A DNA stretch of 63,961 bases, counting the filler, from Basidioascus undulatus (Eukaryota), in NCBI GenBank assembly GCA_000826855.1. It is 3 parts of 3 records of this genome, joined end to end, with 100 filler letters (N's around TTAATTAATTAA, not from the genome) between each part and the next. Parts side by side here need not be neighbours in the genome. Positions count along the whole stretch, not along the records: positions 1 to 21,641 come from JTLS01000324.1; positions 21,742 to 43,367 come from JTLS01000325.1; 1 more part is not named here. One strand, given 5' to 3'. The position numbers and the translations under genes are program-made. Within the stretch, counting starts at the first letter, position 1. The number at the start of each line of letters is the position of its first letter. A model generated the notes under the pieces. The model was not told the origin of the DNA. It worked only from the letters and a program-made list of their open reading frames with translations, and made no database searches. Below are positions 12,561 through 25,732 of this stretch, piece after piece.

Positions 12561-12915
12561 TGACAGAACATCCTTGGAACATAGGTGGTTCAGCAGTGCG
12601 AGGTTTCCGCCGTTGTTGGAAAGGATTATCAACCGGATACACTTGACTTGTCTTGAACGATGATTCCGCACTGGCCGCTCACTCGTGCGCCTTCCTGAGA
12701 GACAACATTATCCTGTCCGCTTTGTTTGAAGTTCAGAACTACTGACGACAGGGGGTACAAGCGTCATAGTCGTGAATCATACCATGAATGCCATTAATCC
12801 GCGATAAAGAATATCGTATCTATCTCACTAAGCCCAGAATAACGTTGCGTAGAGATCAAAGGGGAAATGAATAAGGAAAAGGGAGACAATTGACAGGAAC
12901 CACCTCAGTGTGACC

Positions 12916-15900
12916 TTAGACCTTCGCCTGGAGGAGCTCTGGCTCGATCGACTCGCCCTCCACCCGCGTTCCGTTGGGCTTCTTAAGCTCGACCGCGTTC
13001 TGGACATCGACGAGCTTGAAGTCTGTCAACGAAGCGTGTGAGCAGGTTGAACAGGAGGCTATGGATGTCGTCCTAGGAAATCTTGACGTACTCTTCACGC
13101 AGAAGGCAGCGAGGAAGGGGATGAAGGCCAGGACGAGGGCGGGAATGAGCATCAAGCGCATGGTCGAGGAGAAGGCGGCGTCTATTTTTCGGCGGTGAAT
13201 TTTATCAGCTAAGACGGCAAGAACATACAACGCCAAGAAGACATACGCATGTTACGACGGCCTTCAGACTCAAGGTCGAGCCCGTACATCGCCGCAACGT
13301 TGAGGGGGTTCTGAAGGAAGCTCTCAACCTCAGTGCTGTAAAATGAAGCTCGTCAGCAATGTATCGGCAGGATCCTGCAGCACGCAAAACGTACCCGTTG
13401 AGGGCAGGGAAACGCTTGGAAATCTCGACGGGCAGGCGGTTCTTCCAGATCGCACCGGCGGCTGCGGTACCAACGACATTACCCAGCTCGGCCGAAAGCA
13501 AAATTGCAGCGGTGGCAAGTGCAACGTCTGAAAGTGTTTCTTCATGAAAAGGATGAAGTGGAAGGCAGAGCGTCAGGCGTACCTTGGTGGGGAACGGCAC
13601 CCTGGGCGCCAATCTGCGAAGCGGCGGCGGCAATACCACCACCCGCGCCTTGCAGGATCTGGGTCATGACGAGCTCGCCAATGTTCTCCGGTCCCTGACG
13701 AGCGTGGAGCATAAGCCTGCGTTATGATATGTCAGTCAAACGTCAACTATATGTCCAGAGAACGGACTGACCCGACGCCGAGGATGCTGCGATTTCATGA
13801 CAACCAGTCCTCATTAGCTTGCAGAGTCGCTTCGGACTATTCCACGAGGGGCAGACGGACCGGATCGCGAGCGCAACGACGAGCGACCACTTGTAACCAA
13901 CCTTGAAGTAGCCACCAATGGAACCCCAAAGGATGGCGAAGAACTTTTTGGACGTGGGAGGGGTCAGCGGCTAGATATTGACTGAGGAACGAGACAGTTG
14001 TATTCACGGTCAAGGAAAGGTTTTGCCTGCGTTGACGAGGAACGGGTCAGCATTGGGCATTTGACGAAGACGACCAGTCGACTGACGCATTTGTGTAGTA
14101 GATGACATCCTGGTACGCCCAGTTGGTAGTGGCTGTAAAAATAATGTGAATGGACGTCAGTTTCCGCGCACAGTACGACGAAACGGGTCAGACTCGACGC
14201 ACCGGTGATGAAGCCGTAGAGCTAGTTGAGAGCGGAAAGTCAGCTAAAAATTGCAAGTAGACAGGGCAAAGCGCATTTCTTGCCTGGCTGAAGGTCAAGT
14301 AGAAGCTGCAATCGAAAGCGTAAGCGAAATCCCCTGGGCATTCAGCGGACTGAGGTAGACGTACGAGACGAAGTCGAAGAAGTTGATGGCGCAGCCGGCA
14401 AGAACGGTGCGGTTGCCGAGCAGGCGCCACGGGATGACGGGGTGCGTCGCACACCTGGCCTCCCAGTACACAAACGCGGGCAGGGTGATCACGCCACCGA
14501 CAACCATCATGGCCGGAATAGCAGGGTTCTTCCAAGTCGTGGTCGCGTAACCGCCACCAGCGATAACGATGGGGACTACGGCCAGGGGGAGGGTTGCTGT
14601 TAGCGCAGGAGAAAGCAGCAAATGAAACCAAACAGGAGAGGGTGAAACGCACGGAAGATAAGTGCAAGGGTACTGTCACGAAGGGCAATCATTCAGTACG
14701 AGTTCGAAATTGCGATGTCCGAACGGACACTCACGCTCCGAGGAGGAAGAGGCCAACGGCGTCAATGTCCTCCACGAACTTGAGGAAGCGCTGGCCAATG
14801 GTCGCGCCCTCGAGCTTCTCCTGGTAAACGATGCCGTCGTTCTTCGCCTTGCGCTGAGCCCAAAGAAGGATGATGATCTAGAGCAATGAAGTAGGTCAGT
14901 GAGAGCCCCAGCCGTATAAGGATATTTGAGTGGCATACAATGGGAAGTAGCGCGGGGAGATAGCAGAGCGCGTAGATGCCATAGCCCCACCGCCAGCCTG
15001 GGCCGCCAGCAGCAGTAACCAAGGCAGAGATCTTCCTGCGGCGGAAATCAGCACCTGGCGTCACGCGGAAGCTCAAGAAATAAACCCACCCGTTGGCGTA
15101 GAAGTTGATGCTAAATAACATATGAAAGGTGGGATCAGCTAAAGGACGACGTTCGAGATGGCCGAGCGAGCAACGCACAAATACCAGCCGCCGGATGACA
15201 TCGTCGAGATGACCGGGCGCCAGCGCAGGGTGGTAATGTCCGCAATTACAATCTGTTTCCAACATCATTCCTTGTGTCGATGTAGTGCATAGCTTCAAAA
15301 CGAACACACCTGAAGGGCAATCTGCAGCCCTGAGAACCCGAGGACCCAGATGCAGTTGCCCGCTCCCAACCCGGACATGGTGGGCGCCGCCGCCGAGATG
15401 ATACTGTACCAAGTGCCGAAAATTAAGCCCAGTATTCGCACCGGAGAAAAGTTCCGACTTACTAGCCAAGGACATAGAAGAACAGCGCCAGGGCGATGGC
15501 CTCCGCACGGCCAATCACGTCGGTGAACTTGGCAAAAAGGGGCTTGCCGATAGCAACTGCATCTTGCGAGTGATTAGAAATACCGGCAGCGGTGCCAAAA
15601 CACAACAAAACCTACGCAAGATAGCCATACTGTGGGCGCTAATGTGAGCAAGCAGGCCTCCAGTATCAGAACGAACAGCTACGCACGCGCACTGAATTGC
15701 GAAATACTGGTCGTAATGCCCAAGGGCGGTCGACGCAAAGCTGCCCCAGGCCCAGTTCGTGCCGTTGTCGAGGATGTACATGTAGCTAGGTTCCCTCGCG
15801 AGTTAGAGGTTGTTGCCCGACTGACGATGCACCGACACACCTTGCAAGAGCGACAGCGATCCACAAGAAGACCTTCGACCACGTGCCCCAGACCTTTTCC

Positions 15901-16108
15901 CGCAGATTCAGACCACAGTGCTTATCAAAAAGCCTATTCAACTCACCGACTGCAACGCCTCCACCTTGCGCACACCCTCTTGCGTGTCGCGCTCGAGCAC
16001 AAGGACCGCGCCATCCTCCGTCGAGTGCTGCTGGTCCTCAACCGGACGTTTGTTCTCCGGGCTAGCAGCGCGGTGGCCGGTGTACGGGGGAGGGGCAACG
16101 TCCGACAT
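12916..16108 (-). CDS. Siderophore-iron transporter (MFS, ARN/SIT family), many small exons
   Basis: GVRKVEALQS, YILDNGT, AIGKPLFAKFTDVIGRAEA, GWRWGYGIYA, WKNPAIPAMMVVGG, HPVIPWRLLGNRTV, GNVVGTAAAGAIWKNRLP, AFSSTMRLMLI. Confidence 0.9.
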
Positions 16109-16232
16109 CTTGAAGACCGAGTGGGGGATGGAAGGGTATAGGGGGAGAAGGAAGAGAACCTGCTTGCGTCTGTGCGAGGCCTTTATACGACGGGGAGTGA
16201 TGGGGAAAAAAAGGAACTCAGGAACCAGACGC

Positions 16233-16241
16233 TATCAGATA
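16233..16241 (-). promoter_or_regulatory. Candidate iron-responsive GATA repressor (SreA/Urbs1/Cir1-type) site
   Basis: TATCAGATA (minus strand ATCTGATAG, 8/9 match to ATCWGATAA) about 125 nt upstream of the SIT transporter ATG. Confidence 0.5.
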
Positions 16242-17323
16242 CGCCGATTAATTTAGATCAACTACATACAGTATGCAGATCTGTCGCGCGCGATGTCGTA
16301 AGAAGAGATCATTGCGGCGCCACAGACGTGCCTGGGCCCTGGGCCGAAGACGCTTCGGTCGACCCGACCGCCAAAGTCCATCAACTCGAGCTCAACGGAA
16401 TCGGTAGCCATGTCGACATCAAGACGCATAAAATCGCTCGATTATCTACCCATGTAAATGTTATTGAGTAGGAGTGAGGGCAATCCGTGTCCGACATCCT
16501 CAGTCCTTGTGCCAAGGCGATAGCTTACAACTCTCGTGGCGTCCAGGCCTTCTCCCTTGGCAGTCTGCGAATCTTCTCAATCACAGGGCTGCATTCGGAA
16601 AATGGTGATGACAGGTTTGACAGCAAAGATACATACATGCTATCTAATCAGATCATCGATTCAGGCATACATGTCTTTTGACGGTGCTTCTTGTTGGCCA
16701 CTTAACGCCACTTTTGCTCCCCAACGATGAACCCGACCAGTATAATCTTGTCTTTATTATCTATTCATGACCGCTTTCGTCTCTGGTGGCTCGGCCGAAC
16801 AGAGGAATGCCGCTGTTTGATCGTCTGCACGGCATGAGGGAAGATGAAGATTAGTTGTGTGCCTCCCGCGACACACACACAGAGTCAAAGGTATGCCGAA
16901 CGCTACCCAGAAAAGGATCTCACGTCCATGATCATCGTAGTTCGGCCTGAGAGAGAGCAGCGGTGAACTAGAGCCAATCTGTACGCCCAGGCGCTGTAAA
17001 TGCCTGAGTGAGAATATGATCACTATCTATGATACTCATCAATGATCAGAAGTTGAGTATCCTGTCTATTTGTAAAAATCGGGCCTGGGGCGGACCAAGG
17101 ACTGCCTAGTGCCAGAGACGGGTCATCGCTTTCACTGAGTGCGTTGAGATCCACTGCTTATCAACACTGGAGGCCTAAGTATGGGACTCCCTTCCTTCGA
17201 GAACAGTGTATCTTGCCGCGGTAGACACTCTGTAGACTCAAAAAGACTGTCTGGGCATACTCAAATCCAGTCTGTGCCGATCGTGAAGCTCTCTCTACCT
17301 CTCATTAATGTTGGGACACACCC

Positions 17324-18660
17324 TCACCAACCCCTCCATGGCACCCAAACACCCGAACATCCTTGACCTCCTCCCGGCCCTCCGCGCCATCAACCACATA
17401 GTACCACGCATGCTGAGCCGCCGCTCAGTATGTATGTTGCGGCGCGACCTTTAGGACCTCCCCGAGCTCCAGCGGGGCGGGCTCGCCTGCCGGCGTATCA
17501 TGCACGAGCATTCCATGCTCTTGCGAAGTGCGTCCGATCTTCCACCCGGCATGGGAAAGGACCTTCCCGTGCCCGCCCGGGGGCCCCGAATCCTTGGACA
17601 AAGCGATAAGGCCGGCGTCACACATTCTGTTGGAGGGAAGTCGGATGGAAAGTGAGTACAGAAAAACGGGATGGGGATGGGGTGGTGGGAAAGGCGCAGA
17701 CGATGATCGGCACGTACGCTTCGGGCCGCGCGGGATAGAGAGAAATGACCCGCGTCAGGACATAGCAGGTTGCATCCTCGAGGTTGCCAGCTGCTGCAAA
17801 TCGAGAACTGCATAGTTCCCAGCCTGACTGTACATGTCGCGAGACTTTCTTGTCAGCCATCTTCTTCGTCCGTCATATGGAGAATAGCTGTAAAGCAACG
17901 CACAGCTCAAGGTGCCACTAAGACTCTCGGGTAATACTCTGCAGCACAGCGTGCGTAGCGGGCGTCGAGCCAATGGACAGAACGTAGGTTGTCGACGGCG
18001 AGCCGGTAGGAGAGAAAGCGCCAGGGAAGCTACGTCATTGACAGCTGCAATTTCGCCGGTAAGGTAGGTCGTAGCGTCGGTGGGCGTGGAGGAGGCGTAG
18101 GAGTCTGTAAATGAGTGAACGGGGATGCCAGTTAGTCTCACAGCGTAAGGATTAGGTGGCAGAGGGGATCAGGTGAGCGCAGCAGGACGCACTCCCCTTC
18201 TGTTAGACAGGAAAACAGTCAGGTGATACCGACAAGACAGCTGCAGAAGACGCACATGACAGTACAAGCCAAACAAGTCGACGCTCTGACTCGCCAAGGC
18301 AAGTTTGACGAGCTCCTGATCGCCGCGCATCCGGGCGGCAGCCCTGCGCGGCTGGATGTCCCAAAACCCGCATAAATGTGTGGGTCAGTCAAGCTGAAGG
18401 CTGCGCAGTCATCTGGCGGAAGGGACTCATCCATACCCGCTGTCGACCTTGATGAAGGCGCTCCACTTTTTGTCCAGCGCCTAAGGACCCGAGCGCACGA
18501 ACATGTCCGAGGTTGTCGAACAAGACTCTCAGGATGGCTCCCTTGCTTGCGATCCCGTCGGAAAGCGTGGAGCGCACACTCACCTCCCAAGAGCGTGACG
18601 GGTGGCCTGTACCGGCTGTACCAGCAGCACGAAGCTAGCGTCCTTCCCAGCTCTGCGGGC
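17324..18660 (-). pseudogene. D-serine dehydratase (Dsd1-like, PLP fold III) pseudogene
   Basis: Family motifs in order: KWSAFIKVDSG, LFGLYCH, SYASSTPTDATTYLTGEIAAVN, YVLSIGSTPATHA, AGNYAVLDLQQ, RVISLYPAR, DAGLIALSKDSGP, WKIGRTSQEHGML, PQH, AWYYVVD, VWVPWRGW*. They lie in shifting frames and the N-terminal Lys-containing part was not found. Confidence 0.8.
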
Positions 18661-19072
18661 AGACTCCACACAAGGAAGCAAGACGCAACAAGGTATGAGG
18701 TGTATGCGAACAGTCAAGTGAACAAAGGCTCGAATCTGTACAATGCCCGCAAGGCGTCACGATCAAGCTCAAAGGAAAGCGGACATGAGGGGCTGAAGGG
18801 TAACAGAAGAGGAACGGGGAAAGTCGGAAAAGGAGTAAAGGGAAGAGGGGAAGAGGGATAAGCGTAAGGGAGAAGAGGGAAGAGGGGAAGGGAGAAGAGG
18901 GAAGCTGCGCTGCTGCTGCGGTCGTTAGTATACGTCCAGGGTGGGGTCGTAAACAACATTGTGAGGAAGCGAATGCGCAAGGTGCAAGGTACGAGGTGCA
19001 AGAGAAAGAGAAAGGGTATGGGGAAAGGGATGGGTATGGGCTACATCTAGGTAGTTTGCTGTACACGAAGAA

Positions 19073-21293
19073 TCAAGGGAATGCGAATCCGCACCTCCTC
19101 GGGAGGCGGGCAAGGCAAGAACGGCCAAAGCGTGTCGAGGAAAAAAAGAAAGAAAAGAAAGAAGAAAGCGGGAAAAGGGGGGAGAGGAGGGGAGGGCGAG
19201 AGACCTCCCACCACCCCCTCCCCTGAGCCGCGTCTCTCCAGCCGGCCCAGACGCCGGTGCCCCTGCGGCTAGCGGGGCTGCCGGCAGAGTTGGGCGTAAC
19301 AGGCTCGTACCTGCTCGCCGTCTCACTGGGCGTCCCCGGCTGGGGGGGCCCAAAGTCATCCTCGTCCTCGCTCGTGCTCTCGAGCTGCTCCTCCTCCTCC
19401 ACGCGGGACGTCCGCGTCCCCGCCCCGCGCTGGTAGCTCCCAAAGGACGAGGACTCGCCCGCGTGCTGGCCGAACGAGCCCGCCCAGGACAAGGCGGAGG
19501 AGGACTTAGAGTGCCCGCTGCTGGAGGAGGAGCCGTTTCCGGAGCGGCTGGCGCGCGAGCGGTGGGAGGAGGATTGGGAGGGGTCTTTGGACCGCCGCGA
19601 ACGGGAGGAGCCCGCGCGCGAGGGGGGGATGGAGGTGTATTTGGATTGTTGGGAGCTGAGGGAACTGCGGAGGTGGGAAGGGGTCGTTAGTGCCTGGAAG
19701 GAAGTTGGGGTGTGGGGGGGGGGGAAGAAGGGCAGAAACGCACCCAATGCTCCCGCTCCCGAACCGCATGCTCCCCCTCGCGCTCTTGATGCTCTTCGCG
19801 CGGCGGTACTCCGCCGCCCCGGCACCCGTCAAGCTCTCGATCTCGCCCGAGCTCGACTGTCCGAGCGTGAGCGTGCGCGCATGCCCATGCTTGAATAGCA
19901 CGGGCGTGGCCGTGCCCACCTCAGCATGCTCGACGCTGCGGTCCTCCATCGAGCCCGACGCGCTGCGCTCGCTGTACAGGCTCCGCTTGGACGCGCCGCT
20001 GCCGCTGCCGGATCCGTTGGTGGATGGGAAGCTGGGGAACGGGGGCGGAGCGAGGCCGGGCGGGGCGCCTGCCTGCCTCGGCAGCGGGAGCGCGGGGACG
20101 GGCGGCGGGGGTGTGCCGGACGTAGAGGCGTAGCTGAGGGGCGTGGACGAGGCGGGGGTCGGCGGCGCAGTCAGAAACGGGTTGCTCCCGCTTCCGCCGT
20201 GTCTGAGCCCGAGCCCAATCTGCGCGAGCGGGCTCGAGCGGTTCGGGTCGAGCGATGCCCCGCTGCGCTCACGCTCGCGCATCAGGAACGGGGCGTCCTC
20301 GCCCGGGACCTCAGAGTCCTCGGGGAGGGGGATCGGGCGCCGCGGGGCCTCGAAGAAGAGCGTGTGGTCTGGCCGCTCGGAGGAAGAGGCGTATGACGTA
20401 GTGGAGCGCGAGTTCTGGGACGAGTTGGGGTACGACGGGGCGAGGGGCGGGATGCTGGGAAGCGCAGTCGCCCCACGGTGCTGAGGGAGGAGCGGCGACG
20501 AGATGTGACGCGCGTGGCCAGGCGCGCCGTTACGCGTGGGCGTGCCGGGTTGAGAAACATTCTCGATCAGGGATCGTCGCTCAGCCATGTCCCGCGTGCC
20601 GTGCCCGTACGCCCGCCCATCGTCGTCGCTCGCCCGCTGACGGCACGCCGCAGCGGCGAGGATCGCCCCAACCAGGGGGACGCCCCAGAGCCCGGCGCCG
20701 GGCGCGGACGACGCGCGCCCGTACGCAGCCACGTCGTCGTCCGACGGGTGCGAACCCAGATGGGAGGACGTCACTGCCGCTGCTGCTGCGCGCCGGCGGC
20801 GCCGCCGGAGGAAGAGGCATGCGAAGAGGAGGAGCAGGAGCAGGAAAAGCCCGCCGAGAACGGTGGAGAGGACTATGGCGCGGATCTGGGAGCCGGTGAG
20901 GCCGGAGGAGGAGGAGGAGGGTTGCAGGGACGACGTGGAGGAGGGCGTGCTTGTAGGGGTGGAGGAGAGGGACGAGGATGATGAAGAGGAGGTCGAGGAG
21001 GTTGAGGACGAGGTGGTTGTGGAGGGTGTTGAGGATGAAGAGGAGGCGGATGAGCTCGTGTACGCGGACGAAGGCGACTGGGTCGAAGCGCTCGACTCGA
21101 TGCTCGGCGTCGCCGTTGGGCTCGTGCTCCCACCGTACACCCACCCATCGCCCAGACTGACGTCCCCCGCCCCGTAGTACGTGAGAGGCAGGTAGACGAC
21201 CGTGTACGCCTCGTTCCCCGGGAGGAGCGAGTAGGACAGGTAATCGGGGAGCTCCTGGGCGGGGAGGGCGGGTGCGGCGGTCGAAGAGGACAT
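19073..21293 (-). CDS. Ser/Thr-rich single-pass membrane protein (Mid2/Wsc-like architecture); 3' end uncertain
   Basis: N-terminal LPLTYYG...GWVYGGSTSP, long Ser/Thr tract, TM helix AIVLSTVLGGLFLLLLLLFACLFL followed by RRRRRR, disordered tail; one intron near 19652-19743. Confidence 0.7.
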
Positions 21294-21641
21294 TGTTGGA
21301 GAGCGGACGAGGGTAAGGGAGGCTTTGGGACTGTGTGGCATGGGAGGCGGGAAGGGTCAGTGGGAATGGATGGAGGGGAACTCGTCGAGGGTGGACAGCG
21401 GGTTGTGTCGGGCAGCACGGCGACCTGACAGCACCCGCTCGCACAGCATTCCTCCGCCTCCGGTGTGCAGCGACTCACCAGGCAGTGTAACTATTCCACT
21501 CCAATGCGTCCGTGTTTTTTATATCCAAAGGTTAGAGGGCGACGCAAGCAAGCCTCCGGGGCGTGCTGGGTCGTAGAGTCGTCGTGAGTCGGTTGGGTCG
21601 TAAAGTCGTTAGGGGGCAGCAAGCGAGCAGAGCGGGTGTGG

Positions 21642-21741
21642 NNNNNNNNNNNNNNNNNNNNNNNNNNNNNNNNNNNNNNNNNNNNTTAATTAATTAANNN
21701 NNNNNNNNNNNNNNNNNNNNNNNNNNNNNNNNNNNNNNNNN
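21642..21741. other. Artificial contig spacer (N44-TTAATTAATTAA-N44)
   Basis: Exactly 100 nt with a 12-mer giving stops in all six frames; identical to 43368-43467. Confidence 0.97.
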
Positions 21742-24700
21742 CGACGAGCCTCCTCGGCGCGTACCTCACTGCACTCGCGAACGACCCCACCGTCCGCCAG
21801 ACGAAGTCCTTCCGCCGCTTCACCCGCGTCAGGGTCGACGACCTCCAATCTGCGCGCGTCGAGCGCCGCATCAAGCGCGTCCGCTCGGACCTCGCGACCC
21901 ACACCTCGACGACCAACACCCCTACCGCCGCGGCGGCTGGTGGTAGTGGGCCGGCGGCGACGAGCGTCCAGCCGACGGGGATGCTGGCGCCCCCCATGGA
22001 CAGGGACCACGGCGCCAGCAGTGTGAGCATGTCGAGCAGCATGTCGACGTCGTCGCGGTCCGTGTCGGGGACGTCGTCGGCGCTCCCGGACGTCGACGAG
22101 GACGCCGACGCAGAGGCCGAGATGCGTGACATGGCGGAGATGATCTCTCAGCTTGAGAGCAGCGCCTCCGCGGCGGAGACGTCCACCGAGCTGCCCGACG
22201 CGCCCTCCCCCGCCCCGCCCGCGGGCTACATCCCTGGCCGGCCCGCCTCGGCCGACCCGGACCGCGCGAGCGCGCGCAGGAGCAGGGACCTCATACCTGC
22301 GGACATCGCGGCTTTCGTTGCGTACGGGCAGCAGCAGCAGGCGGAGGAGGGGGAGAACGAGCGCGAGCGGGAGAGGGAGAGGGAGGAAAGGGAGCGCGAG
22401 AGGAAGGCACGAAGGGAGAGGAGGAGGGCGAGGAAGGTCAAGGTCGAGGACTTTGAGATGATGCGCGTGCTTGGAAAGGGGTGCGCCGGCAAGGTGAGCT
22501 TGCGCGGGATGGTTGCAGCGCGGTGCGCGAGACCGAATGCTGATGCTGGGTTGGCTCGGATTGCAGGTCCTCCTCGTCCGGCATCGCCAGTCGCAGAATC
22601 TCTACGCCAGTACGCCCATATCTCTTTGGCAGTCCTGCCTTCCCTTTAAGAGTCGCGGGTAGCTTACACGCCCCCTGTCAATGTTATACAGTGAAAGCTA
22701 TTCACAAGCGCCACGTCCTCGCGCACCAGGAGCTGCAGCACACGCTGACGGAGCAGACGGTCCTGAAGCGCATGGCCAAGGACTGCCTCAACCCGTTCGT
22801 CGTCCAACTGCACTACAGCTTCCACGTGCGTTCTCCCTCTCCATCTGCCCTGTCCTTTCCATTCCGCCACTCCCGCTCGACTGTGCAACGTGAAGAGAGG
22901 AGAGCTGTGGCTGACTGCTCCGATGATGATGCAGGACGAGCAAGACCTCTTTCTAGTCATGGACTTCCACCCGGGAGGCGACCTCGCGACGCAGCTCTCG
23001 CGCTGGGGCCGCCTCGGCCGCGACCGCGCGCGGTTCTACGCCGCGGAGATCGTGGAGGGTGTCGAGGGGCTGCATGCGGCGGGTGTTATCTACCGGTGCG
23101 TTGCCACAGTGGCATGATCAACTCGTGAGTGAGTTATGCTAATAAGCGGTGGGACTGTGCAGCGATCTGAAGCCCGAGAACATCCTCATCGCTGCGGATG
23201 GCCACATCATCCTCACCGACTTCGGTTCGTCCCCATCCCCATCCACTCTACCCACCCAATGCACAGCTCACTGATGGATTGGGTCGCGAACAGGCCTCTC
23301 GAAGGAGTTCCCACGCCCCGGCCCGGCGGACGCGCTCCCGGCGTGGATGACGGGCACGGCGAACAGCCTCGTGAGCGCGAGCAAGGACTCGACGACGAGC
23401 TTCTGCGGCACGGCAGAATACCTCGCGCCCGAGGTCATCCAGGGCCTGCAGTATTCGTACGAGGTCGACTGGTGGAGCTTGGGCACGATGCTGTACGAGA
23501 TGCTCGCGGGGATCGTGAGTCGCGCTGCCCCCTTCCGTCAGTCTTTGATGAGGATGGAAGGTGCTGAGGCGCGGGATGGTGTAGACCCCATTCTGGGCTG
23601 CCAACCACTCGGACATGTACGTCAAGGTCCTACACGACGAGCTCCAGTTCGGGGACGAGCGGTACATGGACCAGGACACCAAGAGCTTGTTGCGCGGGGT
23701 CAGTGTGGCTTTCCTTTTGTTAAGACAAGCTGAGTTGGGGTGGTGGCGCTGATGTGAAGGGCGCGTTTGCTGCAGCTCTTGCAAAAGAACCCGGCGCTTC
23801 GCCTGTGCGAGCCGAGGATCAAGAAGCACCCTTACTTCGGTGCGTTTGTCAAAAGGCCTGGAGGGGATAGAAGAGTGCGATGCTGATAGTTCGCTCCTTG
23901 GCCGGCAGGCATGCTTGACTGGGATCACATCGCTGCGAAGCGGTATATCCCGCCTTATATCGTGCGTTCCTGATAGGCTTTATTCACTTGCCAGCGCGGT
24001 AAGCTGACAAAACTTTGGTACTCGCAGCCCCCTACCAACCCGCACGACGACCTCGACACCCAAAACTTCGACGAGACGTTCCTCGACATGGAGCCCGTCA
24101 TCGACGACGAGGACCTGAACGCGTCCAATATCGACCCCGAGCGCGCAGCCGCTGCCGACCAGGCCATGCGCGAGGCGGACGCAGCGAACGAGGACCTCTT
24201 CGAACGCTACAGCTACCGCCGGCACGGCGCGGACGGGTCGTCGATCATGCTGGAGGACGAGGATGACGAGGACACGCGCAGGCTGAACGTGCTCGAGCCT
24301 GCTGTCCCCGAGGGGGCCACCACTCCCACCGCGACCGACGGCGACACGACGCTTGTCAGCTCGCCTGATCCAAAGGCCGGCCTCGAGGCCCACCCGCCCC
24401 GCGATGCATCGTCGAGCCAGGCCTCGGACCCCAGCGTCCAGGTGATCGCGCCCCCTGCGCCGCCCCCGCCGCTCCAGCCCGAGGTTGTCGAGCTCCACCC
24501 AGCGACGAAGCGCCCTCGGCGCCGGCGCGAGAAGTCGGGCGTCGCGGCGCTCGACCGCGCGCTGCTGGGCGTGTCGAACGAGTCCGACGCAGACGAGAAC
24601 GACGCGGACGAGGAGAACGCGCTCACTGATCTCGACGAGGAGGACGACGACTGGGACCTTGTCGAGTCAGACGCGCCGATGGAGCACAACGGGCGCAGGC

Positions 24701-25230
24701 AGGGCGCGAACCTGTTCGCGCGCGGCATCCCCGATCGCTATCGCCTCCTCATCCGCCGGCAGAGCTCGAACCACCTTGCCGGCGGCGCGCAGCAGGCGGG
24801 GTCGCGCCCGATGATGGCCAGCCGGTCGACGAGCCAGGCGTCCATCGCGCCCACGGACGAGGGCACGAGCGCGACGGACATCGACGCTGCGCCCGCGCGG
24901 CCGCCGCCCTCGCGCAAGACGTCGGGCGGTGGCCTCGCGTCGAGCCTCAACCTCCGCAAAAAGCGCACCGCGTTTCTCTCCCGCAGCCGCGCGGCGTCCC
25001 CCACCCCCGCCACCGCGCCGACGAGCCTCAAGTCCAAGAGCTCCTCCGGCGGCGTGTCCAACTCGGCCTCGACCCGCACCGCCAACGCTAGCAGCGAGGC
25101 GGAGAACGCGCCTGCTGCTGCGGCACTGGCCGATGGCGGCAAGACTGTCAAGAAGAAGAAGAAGGTCGCCTCGAGCGCGGGCTCGCCTGGCAAGGAGAAA
25201 CGCGACATATTCGCTATCTTCAAGTCGTAG
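21742..25230 (+). CDS. AGC-family Ser/Thr kinase (Ypk/Akt/Sgk-like, PX-like N-terminal region); 5' truncated by gap
   Basis: [84 protein letters not shown]-tail DTQNFDETF...F..YSY; long acidic/Ser tail. Confidence 0.93.
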
Positions 25231-25704
25231 GCGCCAACCACGTCAACCTCGCCGCCGTCGCCTTTTCCGCCTGCAGGCTCGCTCCATCCGCTCGCTGGCA
25301 GGTCGCCCACTTTGTTCTCCTGTTTTCCATCCTTTTCATCGTGCTCGGTTTCGCATTGTCTTGTTTCTTTTCTAGTTCCTTCTGTTTCTTCTTCCTTTTC
25401 TCTCTCCTCTCTTGGGTCTTCGCGCAGCTGCATCGCGTCCGACACTCCATGCCCCGTCCCCGTTCCCGTTCCTTACGCCGTCTTATGACTCCCACCACCG
25501 TGGCACCCACCCACCCATGCTCATCGTCGCTTGGCATAGTTAGTTAGTTAGTTACCCACCATTTCATGAACACGACGCAAACATATTCCACTCAACACTC
25601 ATACCACTTCTACTCTTTCGTCGCTCACGTTCATTCGTCCGTTTACCTACACGCATTCTTCATACACACGCACCAGAGTCACGTACACTTCTGTTGACGC
25701 TACG

Positions 25705-25732
25705 TTCACATTCACATTCACATTCACATTCA
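25705..25732 (+). repeat. (TTCACA)n microsatellite, about 4.7 copies
   Basis: ttcacattcacattcacattcacattca in the kinase-enolase intergenic region. Confidence 0.8.

Noticed and set aside
21686..21697. TTAATTAATTAA as a biological palindrome or site
   Set aside because: It is centred in N runs and repeated identically at 43412-43423, so it is an assembly spacer.
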